Numbered from the stretch's first letter, positions 9,146-21,444 are shown. The stretch: DNA of 64,000 nt from Macrostomum lignano (GCA_002269645.1 NIVC01002793.1:62001-126000), one strand, 5' to 3'. The notes: generated by a model from the sequence alone, not told the origin. Program-made: numbers and translations.

Positions 9146-9160
9146 ACTACTACTAGTAGT
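9146..9160. other. Candidate Polinton right terminus (ACTACTACT) and adjacent hexamer AGTAGT
   Basis: The sequence ACTACTACTAGTAGT is seen directly. GC-rich subterminal repeats lie to its left and AT-rich unique DNA to its right. Confidence 0.6.
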
Positions 9161-9622
9161 GTGATTGTACTATAAACGACCTACGATAGAATGAAAAGCT
9201 GATCTGTATCTCACCTGCTACAAATATCATCGAACAACTGCCCCCGGCCGTTACTCGTAATTTTATTGTTTTCAGATTTCCTTTCAGGCACATTTGAACT
9301 TGTCAAGCTTTTTAACAAAAAATATCAAACAATAAATGTAATGATATTTATTTAAGTTAAATAAACTCAAACGCTAAACAACTCAACGATTAACGAACAA
9401 TAAAACAAGGAAACAAAAGTTGACTATTTGCTGAAATGAATGGTGATGTCATGTAGAATTTTTTTGTGCTAAATTGGAGACTGAAAATATTTTGATATAA
9501 ATTGTCTAAAGAGCCAAGTAGGAGCAAATTCTGACTAGTCAAAAGACAAATTGATAAGAGGACTGTGGAAGAGTGACTGGACGAGAGTTCCATCATAGAG
9601 TGGCTTAAAGAGAATGAATGCA

Positions 9623-10354
9623 AGAGAGTGCCTATTGGAGAGTGCCTATCGGAGAGTGCCTATCGGAGTGCCTATCGGAGTGCCTATCGGAGTGCCTATC
9701 GGAGAGTGAGAGTGCCTATCGGAGAGTGCCTATCGGAGAGTGCCTATTGGAGAGTGCCTATTGGAGAGTGCCTATCGGAGAGTGCCTATCGGAGAGTGCC
9801 TATCGGAGATTGCCTATCGGAGAGTGCCTTTCGGAGAGTGCCTATCGGAGATTGCCTATCGGAGTGCCTATCAGAGTGCCTATTGGAGAGTGCCTATTGG
9901 AGAGTGCCTATTGGAGAGTGCCTATCGGAGAGTGCCTATTGGAGAGTGCCTATCGGAGTGCCTATCGGAGAGTGCCTATCGGAGAGTGCCTATCGGAGAG
10001 TGCCTATCGGAGTGCCTATCAGAGTGCCTATTGGAGAGTGCCTATTGGAGAGTGCCTATTGGAGAGTGCCTATCGGAGAGTGCCTATTGGAGAGTGCCTA
10101 TTGGAGAGTGCCTATCGGAGTGCCTATCAGAGTGCCTATTGGAGAGTGCCTATCGGAGAGTGCCTATCGGAGAGTGCCTATCGGAGAGTGCCTATTGGAG
10201 AGTGCCTATTGGAGAGTGCCTATCGGAGTGCCTATCAGAGTGCCTATTGGAGAGTGCCTATCGGAGAGTGCCTATCGGAGAGTGCCTATCGGAGATTGCC
10301 TATCGGAGAGTGCCTATCGGAGAGTGCCTATCGGAGATTGCCTATCGGAGTGCC
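9623..10354. repeat. Minisatellite of 14-bp (GGAGAGTGCCTATY) and 12-bp (GGAGTGCCTATC) units
   Basis: Direct reading; the array ends 8 bp from the tyrosinase stop codon. Confidence 0.97.
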
Positions 10355-10361
10355 GTCTGTC

Positions 10362-13300
10362 TCAAGTGGCAGCTCCCGGATGCTCAGCCAGGAAGCGCTG
10401 CAGCTCGTCCTCGAATTCGTGGCGGTGCAGGCGGTGCTGGGGGTGCAGGAAGCCGCGCTGGCAGTTGACGAAGTGCTTCAGCGTTGGCTTGGGCATCCGG
10501 CCCTCCTTCTGCAGCCTGCGCCGAACTGGCTCGCCGAATTCCAGCGTGTCGTATTCGTAGCCGAGAGAGGCGATGTCGGTAAAGACCTCCTCGTGCCGGA
10601 TTGGCGGGTAGAACCCGACCATGTAGCTCTGGCGGTCGTGCCCCGGCGACACGTTGATGTTGGCCATGTCCACCGGGTGGGGACGGTGGCGCAGGAACCA
10701 CATGTGCACCAGGCGGCTGATCTGCGAGTGGTGCATGAAGAAGATCGGATCGTTGGGTGCCGTGGCGGCGCAGCAGAAGCTGCCCATAACCGAATTGTGC
10801 ACCTGCGGGAGATAGGAGCATCATGCCTTCAGGTTCGATTGGTCACCTGGATTCGTTACTCGTTACAAAGAACATAACCCGTAGAGAGAACTGATACATG
10901 CTAACAGAATACAAGTTTTAAATTTTCTAGACAGTCACTTCCAAAGACTCTTGGAGAGTCATCTCTAATAGCCACTCCCGAATGGACACTCCTGAAGAGT
11001 CCCTCCTAAAAAGTCACTCCTGAAGATTCACTCCTAAAAAGTCACTCCTGAAGATTCACTCACTCCTGAAGAGTCACTTCTGAAGAGTCACTCCTGAAGA
11101 GTCACTCCTGAAGAGTCCTTCCTGAAGAGTCGCTATTGAAGAGCCACTCCCAATGAGTCACACACAAACGATCACTCCTAAAACGTTCCCCTAATTCCGT
11201 CACTCTCAAAAAGTTGCTAAATCGGTCACCCCACCCCAGCCGTCACCTTATTATGCAGGGTGCCAATTTTGCCATAGAGCTCCATGGGGCCGCAGTGACC
11301 CTCCAGGTATCTGGCGAAGCCACAGTTCTCCAGGTCCTGAGCTGGGCGGTTGAACTCCTCTGGATAATAGTACCGCGGAATGCTCAGGCCGTAGTTCACC
11401 TCGGCAGTGGTTGGCAGCGACAGGCTCGTCCACTGCCTGACGAGCTTGCCGAATCGTTCAGCGGCGTGGCAGCCGTAGCAGGAGCCGCCGCCCAGCTGCT
11501 GGCGGTCCTTGGCGGACGGCGTGGTGCAGAACTCGTCCCAGCCGCCGAAGGGGCTGGCCGGGTGCAGTCGCTGGCCGAAGTTGTCGCACTCGCCCGGCGC
11601 GCCAACGATGTCATTCTGGCAGACTTCGCACCAGGTGGCGTCGACCCAGTCCCAGTAGGGCAGGCCGAAGGTTGTCCAGTTGAACCTCTCCACCGCGATC
11701 TTGTGCAGCTCGCGCTCCAGCATCATGGTGTAGTAGCGGTGCCAGGTCATGAAGCCGGGGCCGCCATGGTTCAGGTCCAGGATGCCAAACTGCTGGCACT
11801 GCTTCGCGTCCGGGAACAGGGTGCGACGAGAGGCGTACCTGGGTAGGCGAAGGTGCGGGTGCGGGTAGTGGCGCACCGGGGAACAGAGGAAGCAGGAGAA
11901 TTGTGGAACAGGACCCGTTGAAAACGTTTTCCTGACAAGAATTGCTAAAGAGTCATTGCAAACAACTCACTAGTGACTCTAGCGGCTCTGAGGCGACTCT
12001 TGCGACATTTTAACGACTCAAACACGTCAAATGAGAGGCGGAGGCGACTGTTTAGTCACGAGCGCGTCACGTGAGTTGTGACTCTGATTCATAAAGCGAT
12101 GCAAATTCGCTTCAGACACAACTCATTGACTCTACAGCGACTCCAGCACGCCTCAGATAGGACTCTACGACCCCAGAGTCGTAAACAATAAAACGCTACA
12201 AAGTGATGCTTAAGTCAACATCTCGTCGGTTTAGAGTTGTTTGGAGTCACTGTTTTTCCTACATGCGTTACCTGCAACGACTCTGAAGCGATTCTGGGAC
12301 GCTTCTTGGCCTGGGTACCGTTTCCATGGGGGGGGGAGAAAAAAAGCAGGTAAAATAAATATTTGCAGGAGGTTTCGTCGACAAGTAGGAACTTCTAACT
12401 AAGAAGCGGAGGATGTCAGGGGTTGATGAAAGTTTGAGATATTACCGTGTTGATTTAAGATTAATCTAGCAACTAGTATAAAGCCGGCAGGTGTCAATCA
12501 AGGCATTAGCAGACGCACCTGTGCACATACACCAGCCAGTAGTGCACAGTGGCGGGCACGAACACTGGGCTCCTCAACGGGTCAGACTGGTTATTGTACT
12601 TTTCAATCAGCACAGAGTACGGCGACATCTTCACCCGCATCAGCCGGCTGATTTCCCTGTACTGGTCTCGCTCAGCCGGGCTCAGCGTAAAGATGTTGCG
12701 CCTCAGCCTCACGTCGCGCTGGTTGCAGCGGGGGCCGCGCCAGCCGAAGAAGCACTCGCCGCAGTCGGCGCCCCAGTAGCGCGAGTCGCACTGGCAGCCA
12801 AACTCGAAGAACCGGCTGGGCCACATCAGCCGGTCGTCTCTGCGGTTTAAATTGGAGCGAAAATATGCTTTGGTGACTAGTGATAATAGGATACACGTAA
12901 GTAGCGCATAACGCCTTGGGCATCAATATGCTGCTAAGGGGTATCCTCAGGGTGCTAATAGGTATTTGGAGGGTGCTAATGGGTATCTGAAATGTCTCAT
13001 GTGCATCTCAAAAGAAGCGTTGATTACTTGTTGGAGACTATGGGTATCTGAAAAGGACAATGGGTATCTGGAAAGGACAATGGGTATCTGGAAAGGACAA
13101 TGGGTATCTGGAAAGGATAATGGGTAATCCGAAAAGGACTATGGGTATCTGAAAAGGACAATGGGTATCTGAAAAGGACTATGGGTATCTGAAAAGGACC
13201 ATGGGTATCTGAAAAGGACCATGGGTATCTGAAAAGGACCATGGGTATCTGAAAAGGACCATGGGTATCTGAAAAGGACCATGGGTCTCTTAAAATAACC

Positions 13301-13948
13301 ATGGGGTGTCTGCATGAAAGGACCAGGAGTATCTTAAAATGACCATATGGGTATCTGAAAAGGACCATGGGTGTCTGAAAAGGACCATAGGGGTATCTGA
13401 AGAGGACCATGGGGTATCTGAAGAGGACCATGGGGGTATCTGAAGAGGACCATGGGGGTATCTGAACTGAAGAGGACCATGAGGTATCTGAAGAGGACCA
13501 TGGGGTATCTGAAAATGACCTGGATGTCTGAAAAGGACCATGGCCTGTGGGGGTATCTGGAAAGTACCATGGGGTACCGGAAAAGACGACCATGGGTATA
13601 TCTATAGGTGTCAAGGATTTTAGGAGTGTGCTATGATATTTAACAGCCATCCAAGCGCTATAATCAAGTGTCAGTCTTCAGTGACCAATTGTCCCTTAGC
13701 AACCCAGACCGGAGCCACGCGGACACCTACTTGACGAGTCCAGGATGGTAGTTCTCGAACTCCTGGTAGGCTTGAATTCTGACGCATTCGCCGCGGCCTC
13801 GGCCGCCGCAGGGCTGGCTGAAGCCCTTCGGTACGGGGCAGCAGACCGAAGCCTTGCTGGTTACGTTAGCAACGCAAACCGTTGGTATCAGGCCCAGAGA
13901 CAACTGCGGCTGCTGCAGACTCAGCAGCATCAGAGCTAGCAACAACAT
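10362..13948 (-). CDS. Tyrosinase (type-3 copper protein), 4 exons: 13948-13731, 12839-12519, 11838-11247, 10802-10362; 523 aa
   Basis: Signal peptide and Cys-rich N-terminus (CCP..PCGG.GRGEC, DDRLMWPSRFF, CQC..YWGADCGEC). CuA motifs VYVHRY..HGGPGFMTWHR and LPYWDW; CuB motif LHNKVHNSV..NDPIFFMHH. All introns are GT-AG with consistent phases, and the total of 1572 bp equals 524 codons. Confidence 0.95.
10987..11160. repeat. 14-bp minisatellite (GAAGAGTCACTCCT) in tyrosinase intron 3
   Basis: Direct reading; imperfect copies. Confidence 0.85.
13039..13600. repeat. 20-bp minisatellite (ATGGGTATCTGAAAAGGACC) in tyrosinase intron 1
   Basis: Direct reading; copies degenerate toward both ends. Confidence 0.93.
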
Positions 13949-14501
13949 CCCGAATGCTCAATCTTCGACTTTTAATTAACTTTATTGATGGCTCAGCCAA
14001 ATTTAACTGACTTTGACCTTGAGCTGATATTAAAGCAAAAGTTTACGCCTGTTCAATGAATTGCTAGATCACTAGTGAGTCCGTGTATTTTATTAATTTA
14101 AATAGGCCATTCTGAGTAATATAACCCAAATAACTCGTCTCTTAGCACCTGATTGGTTGGGGCCATCCAGTCAACAAGCCGATTTTAGTGTACACTGATA
14201 GGATGTACACACCAACCGCCCCACCCCACTCTATAACCCTGTTGTGATAAAGGCTTTCTCTAACCCCACCCCAACCTTTTGTCCGCGACAATCCGCTTGC
14301 AACTGGCTGTTTACCACACCCACCCCTGATTTCCTTCCCCTCTCACCAACCACCCCAGCCGCAGTCAGGAGTTGCCGGAGCAGCCAAAAATCATTAACTG
14401 AGAGATGTGTCAGATAGGGGGCATCGTAACTGAATCACATGTACTGCCTACAGTTGCTCATAGCTAGTTAGGAATTGGTCATGCAGAAGCCAGATAGGAG
14501 T

Positions 14502-14660
14502 GTGTCAGCTAGTCATGGCAGTGAGTGGGATATTTGTGTCAGCTAGTCATGGCAGTGAGTGGGATATTTGTGTCAGCTAGTCATGGCAGTGAGTGGGATA
14601 TTTGTGTCAGCTAGTCATGGCAGTGAGTGGGATATTTGTGTCAGCTAGTCATAGCAGTGT
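14502..14660. repeat. 34-bp tandem repeat, 4 full copies plus a partial copy
   Basis: GTCAGCTAGTCATGGCAGTGAGTGGGATATTTGT at 14504, 14538, 14572 and 14606. Confidence 0.93.
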
Positions 14661-15264
14661 CAGATATTGGTGTGCAGTGAGGCAGATACTGATGTCAGCT
14701 AGTCATAGCAGTGAGTCAGACACCTTATAATATTCATATAGGATAGTATAGTACATATAGTGTTAGGAACTTCCTGGGTAAATAAGCAATAAACCAAAGT
14801 TAGGAATCCATAACCAGCAACAAAATTATTTACCATTTGAAGGTACTTTCAATGACGCTCGTTAAGTTATTTGAAAATTTGAAAACCAGATACGCGGAAT
14901 AATTTTGTATTTCATACCGGCCACACCGCGGGGCAGTGTGCAATTAATAAAACAGACAGAATACGCCCCCGGTTGAACTGATAACAGCTAATTAATTTAC
15001 GTTATCGTAGTTTGACAGGAGCATACTACTATAAGAGACGCGAACATTAATAAAAGAAATGGGTCACAGAGCTAGAGCAGTCGCAGGCTAAAACTGCATA
15101 CAAAGACAGATGCGCATAGCGGATATAGCATGAAAGCTGACACTGTCAATCAAGAAGGTGAACTCGCGCTGAAATCCACTACTTACTTAAAAAACATACT
15201 TTACAGGGCCTATTGCATGAATGCAATTTCTCGTCTAACTTCTAATTTTAGTAACTAGCATTGC

Positions 15265-16568
15265 GATCCTGGGATTTGAGATGCTTGGATCCTGGGATTT
15301 GAGATGCCGGGATCCTGAAAGGTGAACCAACTGAGTGAATTGGGAACCAACTGAGTGAATTGGGAACCAACTGAGTGAATTGGGAACCAACTGAGTGAAT
15401 TGGGAACCAACTGAGTGAATTGGGAACCAACTGAGTGAATTGGGAACCAACTGAGTGAATTGGGAACCAACTGAGTGAATTGGGAACCAACTGAGTGAAT
15501 TGGGAACCAACTGAGTGAAAGGTGAACCAACTGAGTGAATTGGGAACCAACTGAGTGAATTGGGATCCTGGGATTTGAGATGCCGGGATCCTGGGATTTG
15601 AGATGCTGGGTTCTTGGGATTTGAGATGCCGGGATCCTGGGATTTGAGATGCCGGGATCCTGGGATTTGAGATGCTTGGATCCTGGGATTTGAGATGCCG
15701 GGATCCTGAAAGGTGAACCAACTGAGTGAATTGGGAACCAACTGAGTGAATTGGGAACCAACTGAGTGAATTGGGAACCAACTGAGTGAATTGGGAACCA
15801 ACTGAGTGAATTGGGAACCAACTGAGTGAATTGGGAACCAACTGAGTGAAAGGTGAACCAACTGAGTGAATTGGGAACCAACTGAGTGAATTGGGATCCT
15901 GGGATTTGAGATGCCGGGATCCTGGGATTTGAGATGCTGGGTTCTTGGGATTTGAGATGCCGGGATCCTGGGATTTGAGATGCCGGGATCCTGGGATTTG
16001 AGATGCTTGGATCCTGGGATTTGAGATGCCGGGATCCTGAAAGGTGAACCAACTGAGTGAATTGGGAACCAACTGAGTGAATTGGGAACCAACTGAGTGA
16101 ATTGGGAACCAACTGAGTGAAAGGTGAACCAACTGAGTGAATTGGGAACCAACTGAGTGAATTGGGATCCTGGGATTTGAGATGCCGGGATCCTGGGATT
16201 TGAGATGCTGGGTTCTTGGGATTTGAGATGCCGGGATCCTGGGATTTGAGATGCCGGGATCCTGGGATTTGAGATGCCGGGATCCTGGGATTTGAGATGC
16301 CGGGATCCTGGGATTTGAGATGCCGGGATCCTGGGATTTAAGATGCCGGGATCCTGGGATTTGAGATGCCGTGATCCTGGGATTTGAGATGCTGGGATCC
16401 TGGGATTTGAAATGCCGGGATCCTGGGATTTTAGATGCCGGGATCCTGGGATCCTGGGATTTGAGATGCCGGGATCCCGGGATTTTAGATGCCGGGATCC
16501 TGGGATTTGAGATGCTGGGATCCTGGGATTTGAGATGCCGGGACCCTGGGATTTGAGATGCTGGGATT
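15265..16568. repeat. Composite satellite: alternating blocks of a 20-bp unit A (TGGGAACCAACTGAGTGAAT) and a 23-bp unit B (GGGATCCTGGGATTTGAGATGCC)
   Basis: A blocks start at 15318, 15709 and 16040 with 12, 9 and 6 units. They are separated by two 147-bp B blocks and followed by a long terminal B run. Confidence 0.97.
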
Positions 16569-16761
16569 ACAAATGTAGGGATCTAGAATTTCGACTGTCG
16601 GGGTTTTGAAATTTTTAAATGGGATATGGGATGTGGTTTAAGCTGGCTGGGATTACAACTCGAATGGAACACTATTCTCTGGAATTTTATACTACAGAAG
16701 CGCAGCCCAGCCTGGAAGCAGTTCCCTGATGATGCCAGTCAGCCTAATTACACAATCAAAC

Positions 16762-17799
16762 TCAAAACACCCGGCCAGAGCCCTTGGAACCCGCGGCAGG
16801 AGGCGGCGGCGGCGGCGGCCCCCCGGCGGGTCGCCAGGGCGCCAGCTGGCCGGACCGAGACACCGAAGGCAGGCTGACCGGCACTCGGGGCATCAGCGGC
16901 GGAGGCGCCGCCGGCGGCATCAGCGGCGGCGGCGGACGCGACAAAGATGAAGATGTCGACACCGCGGCAACGACAGGCTGCTGGCTGCCGCTGCCGGTCT
17001 TCTTGGCGGCGCCAGAAGCCAGCTTGAACTGGCCCAGACAGGCACGCCGCTCCTCCAGCGAGATGTCCTCGTCGGGGTGGACCAGCTTAGCCTGCAGGCC
17101 GCCGGCCGCCGCGGCCGCATTGGCAGCCGAAGCCCACGGCTTGGCAACCCGAGGATAAGTGCTCAAATCCGAGCTCAGGCCCAGGTTTGGCTGCTTGTGC
17201 ACCGAAGACGAAGCGACCGAGGACGATGAAGGAACTGCCGCGGACGGCACCAGCGGATGCGGCGGCGGCGGGGGCGGGAAGTGCGGGTGCTGCACGGTGG
17301 TCGGAGCCGAGAACGGCTGCAGCAGCGGCGGAGGCGGCGGAGGCGGCGGCACGGATGAGCCAAACGGCATGGCCACGGGCGGCGGGGGGAACGGCAGGCC
17401 TGGCGGAGGCATTGGGATGTTCGGCGGCAGCCAGGCGGCCTGATCCTGCGGCTGCTTTTTCTTCTTCTCCGGCGGCTGCTGCTGCTCAGCCTCGGGATCC
17501 TGGCCGCGCTTCATCAACCGCCTGGCCTCCTGGTCCTCCTCTGGCACGCCCTGCATACCGTAGATTTCAATTTCTACGCTAGTCCTACCTTGCACAGCGT
17601 TGGGGATCTGCTCCACCTTCTCCTTGTGCACCTGGCCGCAGTGGATGACCAGGCCCGGCCCAGTGAACAGCTTCCTGTGGCACACGTGGCATTTGAAATG
17701 CTTCGCCTTCTGGTGATCGATGAGGATTTTCTCGTCTTCGAACTCGCGATTGCAGTACCAGCACCAGGGCTTCAGCTGCTTCTTCTTTTTGCGGCCCAT
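16762..17799 (-). CDS. ZNF207: BUB3-interacting GLEBS-motif zinc finger protein (BuGZ), intronless, 345 aa
   Basis: N-terminus [61 protein letters not shown] motif [16 protein letters not shown], and a Pro-rich low-complexity region. Confidence 0.96.
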   Translation of the reverse strand: MGRKKKKQLKPWCWYCNREFEDEKILIDHQKAKHFKCHVCHRKLFTGPGLVIHCGQVHKEKVEQIPNAVQGRTSVEIEIYGMQGVPEEDQEARRLMKRGQDPEAEQQQPPEKKKKQPQDQAAWLPPNIPMPPPGLPFPPPPVAMPFGSSVPPPPPPPPLLQPFSAPTTVQHPHFPPPPPPHPLVPSAAVPSSSSVASSSVHKQPNLGLSSDLSTYPRVAKPWASAANAAAAAGGLQAKLVHPDEDISLEERRACLGQFKLASGAAKKTGSGSQQPVVAAVSTSSSLSRPPPPLMPPAAPPPLMPRVPVSLPSVSRSGQLAPWRPAGGPPPPPPPAAGSKGSGRVF

Positions 17800-18043
17800 C
17801 GCGCCAAGTTCAGACCTGCTTTTTAGCTAGTGAATACTCGCTAGGGTCAGGCAAAGTGCTCAGCCAGACTCACTGATCAATGCGTTTGCTCAGGGGCAGC
17901 CGGCAGCACGCGGGTTTAAGAGACAGCAGGTCGCGCCTGGCTGATCTGGAATAGTGGGACGGCGATTGCTCATTGGTCAGCAAGTTCGGGCTAAGTCTGC
18001 CTGGGACCAACTGGGGGACAACTACGGAACACTGACGGTGAAT

Positions 18044-18569
18044 GAAAACCAACTGAGTGAATGAGGAACCAACTGAGTGAATTGGGAACCAACTGAGTGA
18101 ATTGGGAACCAACTGAGTGAATTGGGAACCAACTGAGTGAATTGGGAACCAACTGAGTGAATTGGGAACCAACTGAGTGAATTGGGAACCAACTGAGTGA
18201 ATTGGGAACCAACTGAGTGAATTGGGAACCAACTGAGTGAATTGGGAACCAACTGAGTGAATTGGGAACCAACTGAGTGAATTGGGAACCAACTGAGTAA
18301 ATTGGGAACCAACTGAGTGAAAGGTGAACCAACTGAGTGAATTGGGAACCAACTGAGTGAATTGGGAACCAACTGAGTGAATTGGGAACCAACTGAGTGA
18401 AAGGTGAACCAACTGAGTGAATTGGGAACCAACTGAGTGAAAGGTGAACCATCTGAGTGAATTGGGAACCAACTGAGTGAATTGGGAACCAACTGAGTGA
18501 AAGGTGAACCATCTGAGTGAATTGGGAACCAACTGAGTGAATTGGGAACCAACTGAGTGAATTGGGAAC
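18044..18569. repeat. 20-bp unit A satellite (about 26 copies), same family and orientation as in 15318-16163
   Basis: Direct reading, including the same AAAGGTGAACC variant units. Confidence 0.97.
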
Positions 18570-21444
18570 TAAATGAGCAGCCAATTGACTGTAGAAACGA
18601 TAAATTTTGGAAAATGTTTTTAATAGTAAAAATCCAAGTGCCATATGATGAGAAATAGATTGAATGCAGAGTACGGAGCCAGGTGTAGCCCAGAGACAAA
18701 GGGATTGATTCAATTTACATGATTTATAATTTAAATAAGCTGAGACCATTGACATAAAATAGAATCAATATACTAATTTAATTAACTAATCAGTTAGCTT
18801 ACTGCTCTCACATAATTATTGTCAAAGATGAAGTGTTTTGCGGGAGGTGACACTCTACGAAGATTCCCACACTGCAAAGAGTATATCAGTTATGAACATA
18901 ATGATTAAACTGTGTTTCCAATGCAAAACACAATAAACTCTCACCAGAACTGATCTTCCAGCCTCGTCTACATGAGCAACTCCCTGATTACAACGGCTGT
19001 GCGATTTACTTTTTGATAAAAAATGTGACTTACCTATGAGAGAAACCTAAGCAAAAGTTTAAGTAATTTTGGGCAAACGGCAGGAGTAACTAAGAATATA
19101 TTATTAAGGCTAAATACCTCGTCATCCAATTAGCACTACGGCCATATTTTTTCAGTGGCATTTTTGCAACTTACCTCGGCTAGGCCAGGTGTGGCGCACA
19201 TATGTTTAAGGAGGAACTTACCAGGACAAGCAGCCTGTGGGTCAACTTCCTGGTTCAGAGAAATTCATTCACCTACTAATTAAGAGAGTCACCTTAAGAT
19301 TAAGAAGAAAAGTCCTAATGAAAAAATGATTTCTAGAGAATATTAGTCTTAGAACTAGAAAAAGTTGAAGGGATTAAAATTTTTCATATTAGGCAAGATG
19401 AGGATGCAAACTTTTGCAGGGATCCAAGGATTTCTGTGTTATGGGAATGGGGTTGAAATTTTTATGTAACATGTAATATATTGAATAAGCAATATAGAGA
19501 TGGGATAGAAGAAAAATTCATGAAACTCATAAAACAAAACCTTAATGTCTATTGCAGACTCAAATGAGAATACTATTTCAAATTGAATCTTTCACTTACA
19601 TTAGTATCCTTTCTTAACTGTCACAGATTGAAAACATCATATTAGTGCCACCTGTGGAAGAGAATGTGTTGGCAAAACATTTAATAAACCTAGCCTAATA
19701 TTCAAGAGCTAAACTTGAACTAAAAGTTTTTAAATAGTTTATAAGGACAAACAAAGAGCATATAATTTTAGTTGACTATAGAGTTTTAAGACCAAAAGCC
19801 ATGACTTTTGACTTGATAAAAGTTGAATTTCATAACAAAGTAGAAAACTTCTTGATTATAGGCTAAAATATATATTTAAAACTAGGGATTGACTGACTGT
19901 GATTTTTGTGCATGATTGGAACTAGACCATGCATGACTGTGAATTTTTATAACATACACTTTAATTTAAACACAGAACTATTAGTATTAATACTACCAAG
20001 TCTAGTAATTTTTATTGATTTTTAAGCTTTGTTTTATCATGTTTACTTCTTGACTATATTTTATTATGTGACTTTGTTACATCTGCACTGATTTGTTGCA
20101 ATTTTGGTTTGCTTTTCACAATTGTATATTTCAGTATGTTGTGCTATGACTTAGAAAAGTAAATTTTAAGTCATAAAATTCATGAACTGTGATTATGGTT
20201 GATCTAGTTCAAACTAATTATAGTTACTAAAAATTTATAGCACTTATAGTCATAAAAATGATTGTTTTGTAGTACCTAGCTATGTTTGAAAAGAAAGTGC
20301 TTTTTCTCTTGATGATATATTATTGCTAACATTAATTTGTACCCAGGAAATTTCTTTTTTTGATAGCTCTTTTTTTCTCCCTAAAAACCCACAATGCTAT
20401 GATTATGATAGGTCTTTTGCCTATTCTGAGAGCATAAGTATATGTCTAGCCACATCTCAGTGTATTATTGGCCTAAGCAGTGTACTATGTATAAGTAGTA
20501 CAAATGTATTACATTCATTTTTTGCTAGACTTAGGCATTATCTCCCATCTTACAGTCCTATCTTCTGTCTTAAGGATCAGGAATACATATAAAAGAGTAC
20601 ATATAGTAGAAGTACATGCTAACAGCAAGTGCCATGACCCTCTAATCTTAGTAATGCCCAGATTAGAGAAGTAGTAAATATACCAATAAGACCACTTAGG
20701 CTACTAAGAATGCTACTACAATGCTACCAGAACACTACTAGAATGCTACTTAGACTCATACAAAGAAAGGATAGAATATAGCAATGGGATTATTAAAAGA
20801 GAAGTTTAGCACCAGTACAACTTTGGTGGCCTTAAGGAGATTAAATTAAAGGCCTGCAGCTGTGAAAGATAGGGGAAAAAGACCTATTACAATATATAAT
20901 ATATTTAAATATTCTTGGAATCATTTTACTTTATATCTAATATTTTAATTTCTTTTTAAAGGCCTAATAATTACCTTTGAACTATTATTTTAAGCTAGGT
21001 CTAAGCTACCTAACAAAAATATTAGGCCTAACTTTAGCCTTTAGAAAAAAAACATATATATTTTTAAATTTTATTTGTCAACTTTATTATTTCACATAAT
21101 TTTAATAATATATTATATTAATTTTTTGGTGTTTAATAATAATATTAATGGTTTCAATCCACTTTGGCAAAATAATTTTTGGCAAAAGTCAATAATAGCA
21201 AAAAAAATACTTTTATAGCAACTAGCTATTTTGGCAAACAATTTGTTGAGATTGATCTAAGCTTCAGCAAAGAGCAAAGTCTTACTGTTTTAGAAAAAAA
21301 GTCAGAATAAAAAAGACAAACTCTAAAGACTATTTTTGCTATCCATTTTTATTCTATGGCGATTTTATTATTAGGTACTGTTCCTATGTGATCCATTATA
21401 GAGGGATTTCAAAGTACAATTTAGGAACTAGAACTTTGAATAAC

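Larger units (their letters stand above)
1..9154. mobile_element. Polinton/Maverick-type endogenous dsDNA virus, right-hand portion (left part with pPolB/integrase presumably upstream of the window)
   Basis: Intronless, tightly packed cluster of protease, A32-like ATPase, double-jelly-roll-type major capsid and penton-type ORFs. It is followed by a subterminal repeat region and ends in ACTACTACT (9146-9154), the reverse complement of an AGTAGT-type Polinton terminus. Confidence 0.9.

Noticed and set aside
9618-10560. Long ORFs (419, 310 and 242 aa) over the 14/12-bp array
   Set aside because: Translations only cycle through the repeat unit; these are stop-free frames of a minisatellite.
11839-11931. 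Longer tyrosinase exon 3 starting at the AG at 11932
   Set aside because: It is in phase, but would insert about 31 aa into the conserved CuA H-R-Y segment. The acceptor at 11839 restores normal spacing.
13024-13650. ORFs over the intron-1 20-bp array
   Set aside because: Repeat-derived, and inside a well-supported tyrosinase intron.
16570-17830. ZNF207 as a processed retrocopy
   Set aside because: No poly(A) remnant or TSD was seen, and the ORF is intact with its own CCAAT-containing upstream region. Lack of introns alone is insufficient.
15235-18755. Repeat ORFs and a possible CRISPR-like array in the A/B satellite
   Set aside because: There are no unique spacers and no cas genes, and the context is eukaryotic; the ORFs are unit translations.
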